Below are positions 25,788 to 27,436 of a stretch of 27,436 bases of DNA, in pieces. The translations under genes and the position numbers were made by a program. The notes under the pieces were generated by a model. The model made no database searches, was not told the origin of the DNA, and saw only the letters and a program-made list of their open reading frames with translations. Every line of letters begins with the position of its first letter. Within the stretch, counting starts at the first letter, position 1. The DNA is from Fibrobacteria bacterium (GTDB lineage Bacteria > Fibrobacterota > Fibrobacteria > UBA11236): the NCBI GenBank assembly GCA_041746255.1, contig JBGTHM010000046.1, forward strand, positions 1-27,436. Direction: 5' to 3'.

Positions 25788-27335
25788 TTGCTGAAAGTCC
25801 GGATTCTCCGCGCAGTCGGACCTATTCTAATACTCCTGCCGTCGGTTCTCTTACCGGCGGCTTCCATTTCAGGGTCTGGTTTTCCCGGACCTTTTTCTCA
25901 AGATGCCGACGCCTGGTTTTACCATCGTACGGAACCGGTATTCCATTCCTCTCTCTTCGCCTCTAGCGATGGCCTTAGCCATATGCGGCTTCAGTCCAAG
26001 CATACCTATTCACCCACTTTGCAGTTCACCGGCAAGGATAATGTGAAGCTAACATCTCGGCTGCATAGACAGAACTTCGCAGCCCGAGTTTTTCCGGGTA
26101 CGACATTATTATTGCGGCGGTCGGTTTCGAATCTAAGTTCCTCTTACACTAAGAAGGACAAGTTCGAATCGGAATGGAATTCCATGCATGCGGCTCCGGG
26201 AATAGGCATGGTGCTTAGCTTTCCCGGGTGGAGTAATGCCGGCCGTATTGATTTTTTGGTGAACGCCGGCGATTTAGAGCGATCCGAACTTGAGGTGGCG
26301 GCTCGCTTCAGCCAGAGGGAAGGTTTCCAGGTAGAAGGTGAATATGCTTTTCGCACAAGGCAAGAAGAGTTTTACTTTCGGGCTCGCTCCGAAGATGAGA
26401 AATGGAATAGCCTGGGCGGCGGATATGACGGTGAAACACATTTTACTCATCTGGTGTTGCGGAATAATTTTGGATTCGGGCCGGTAACCTTAAAAGGCGG
26501 TTTCGAGTGGAGTTCGCCGGTTACGCCTCAAGGGGAATACGGTTTGACGGATTCTTCCCGTATTCTCAACTTCGGTCTCCTTTACGGCGATGAAAAGGAA
26601 TCCACGTCACCGACTCTGTGGCTGGATTTTCAAGAAAGCGCGGTTCATACCCAGGGATTGCGTATCCAACCTGAATCCCAGGGGCGCAAGCGTTTTCACT
26701 ATGCGTTTAACCATGGCTATCGGGTGGACGCGGGTTGGCGTAGCGCTGTTTGGAATTGGGCCGCACAGGCCAATAGCCGATGGGGACTGCTTGCCGGTTA
26801 TGGCCGTTTTAACTCTGCTCCGGATGAGAGCGCTTTTGCGGAACGCAAGGAAAGTTTGAGTTACAATCGGCTGGGGCTCTCTTACATTGCGGATGTTTGG
26901 GGCGGATTTTACCAAAGCGCTGAGTTTATGGAAGTGAGTTTACGTATGCCCATGGTGGGTTTGGAGACCCGGCATGTTTTGCATTTGGATGGTTTGCATT
27001 TGTCTTTCGATCTTCCGATCTATTTCTCCCATATCGATTTGGAATTTTATAACGAAACTCGAACGCAACTTATTTTCGCGGTTCGGCGTGAAAGAGAGTT
27101 TTCCTACGGCTTGACGGGATTTATTGCGGTGGCGACGCCTCGACTGGGTATTTCTTTCCGTCATCATGGTTTGACCTTATCTGCCCGAGTGGCGCAAACT
27201 TTGCCGGTTTGGGATAACCTGGAAAATGGGGGAAGCGATAAGGGGCAGTCTGATCCTGGGAAGGCGGTGGGTGGTAAATTCCCTTTTGGTGCTAACGGTC
27301 TATTGGCTGAGATTGCCTTTGGGTATGAATTTTAA
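25788..27335 (+). CDS. Putative outer-membrane beta-barrel protein
   Basis: Starts 6 nt after the lipoprotein stop; signal peptide; alternating-strand pattern; C-terminus LAEIAFGYEF (beta-signal with terminal Phe). Confidence 0.75.
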   Translation: MLKVRILRAVGPILILLPSVLLPAASISGSGFPGPFSQDADAWFYHRTEPVFHSSLFASSDGLSHMRLQSKHTYSPTLQFTGKDNVKLTSRLHRQNFAARVFPGTTLLLRRSVSNLSSSYTKKDKFESEWNSMHAAPGIGMVLSFPGWSNAGRIDFLVNAGDLERSELEVAARFSQREGFQVEGEYAFRTRQEEFYFRARSEDEKWNSLGGGYDGETHFTHLVLRNNFGFGPVTLKGGFEWSSPVTPQGEYGLTDSSRILNFGLLYGDEKESTSPTLWLDFQESAVHTQGLRIQPESQGRKRFHYAFNHGYRVDAGWRSAVWNWAAQANSRWGLLAGYGRFNSAPDESAFAERKESLSYNRLGLSYIADVWGGFYQSAEFMEVSLRMPMVGLETRHVLHLDGLHLSFDLPIYFSHIDLEFYNETRTQLIFAVRREREFSYGLTGFIAVATPRLGISFRHHGLTLSARVAQTLPVWDNLENGGSDKGQSDPGKAVGGKFPFGANGLLAEIAFGYEF

Positions 27336-27350
27336 GGAGGCTGCTTTTTG

Positions 27351-27436
27351 ATGGAGATTAAATGGGTTGCGTTTATAGGCAGCGCTGCGGACCGGAGGCC
27401 CGGGCGCGGGAGATTTTTCCGGCACGCTCCGCCCAT
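27351..27436 (+). CDS. Possible start of a downstream ORF (truncated)
   Basis: TAAGGAGG overlapping the previous stop, ATG 10 nt later, and a frame open to the window end (MEIKWVAFIGSAA...). Too short to assess. Confidence 0.25.
   Translation, partial: MEIKWVAFIGSAADRRPGRGRFFRHAPP

Noticed and set aside
1..27436. Mobile elements, prophage, retron or known defence systems
   Set aside because: No transposase, integrase, reverse transcriptase, nuclease or phage structural motifs recognised.

Overview
Gene-dense bacterial window with no rRNA, tRNA, CRISPR array or transposase that I can recognise. Clear Shine-Dalgarno sites, T9SS type-A-like C-terminal domains and an unfamiliar expanded beta-barrel family suggest a non-Bacteroidota FCB-group host, probably Fibrobacterota (inference). 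The minus-strand left arm encodes a secreted DUF1080 protein followed by at least three tandem paralogous outer-membrane beta-barrels; the third runs off the left edge and is missing from the ORF track. The plus strand encodes, in order: a TolB-like propeller/TPR lipoprotein with one CxxCH motif; a secreted glucose/sorbosone-dehydrogenase-like protein; a GC-rich DUF2760 / Hsp70 / Hsp70-DUF3731 module interrupted by a small secreted protein; a second secreted propeller oxidoreductase-like protein; a membrane-anchored TPR protein; a small membrane protein; a secreted protein / sulfatase / BNR_4 lyase-like trio; and a lipoprotein / beta-barrel pair preceded by a 31-bp tandem repeat. The best leads are a membrane-anchored GrpE-like DUF2760 with two atypical Hsp70s (the second lacks a canonical start and sits +1 to a CCC-TGA stop), the tandem barrel family, and a possible extracellular oxidative/eliminative glycan-breakdown system. 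All family calls are by motif recognition; no searches were run.
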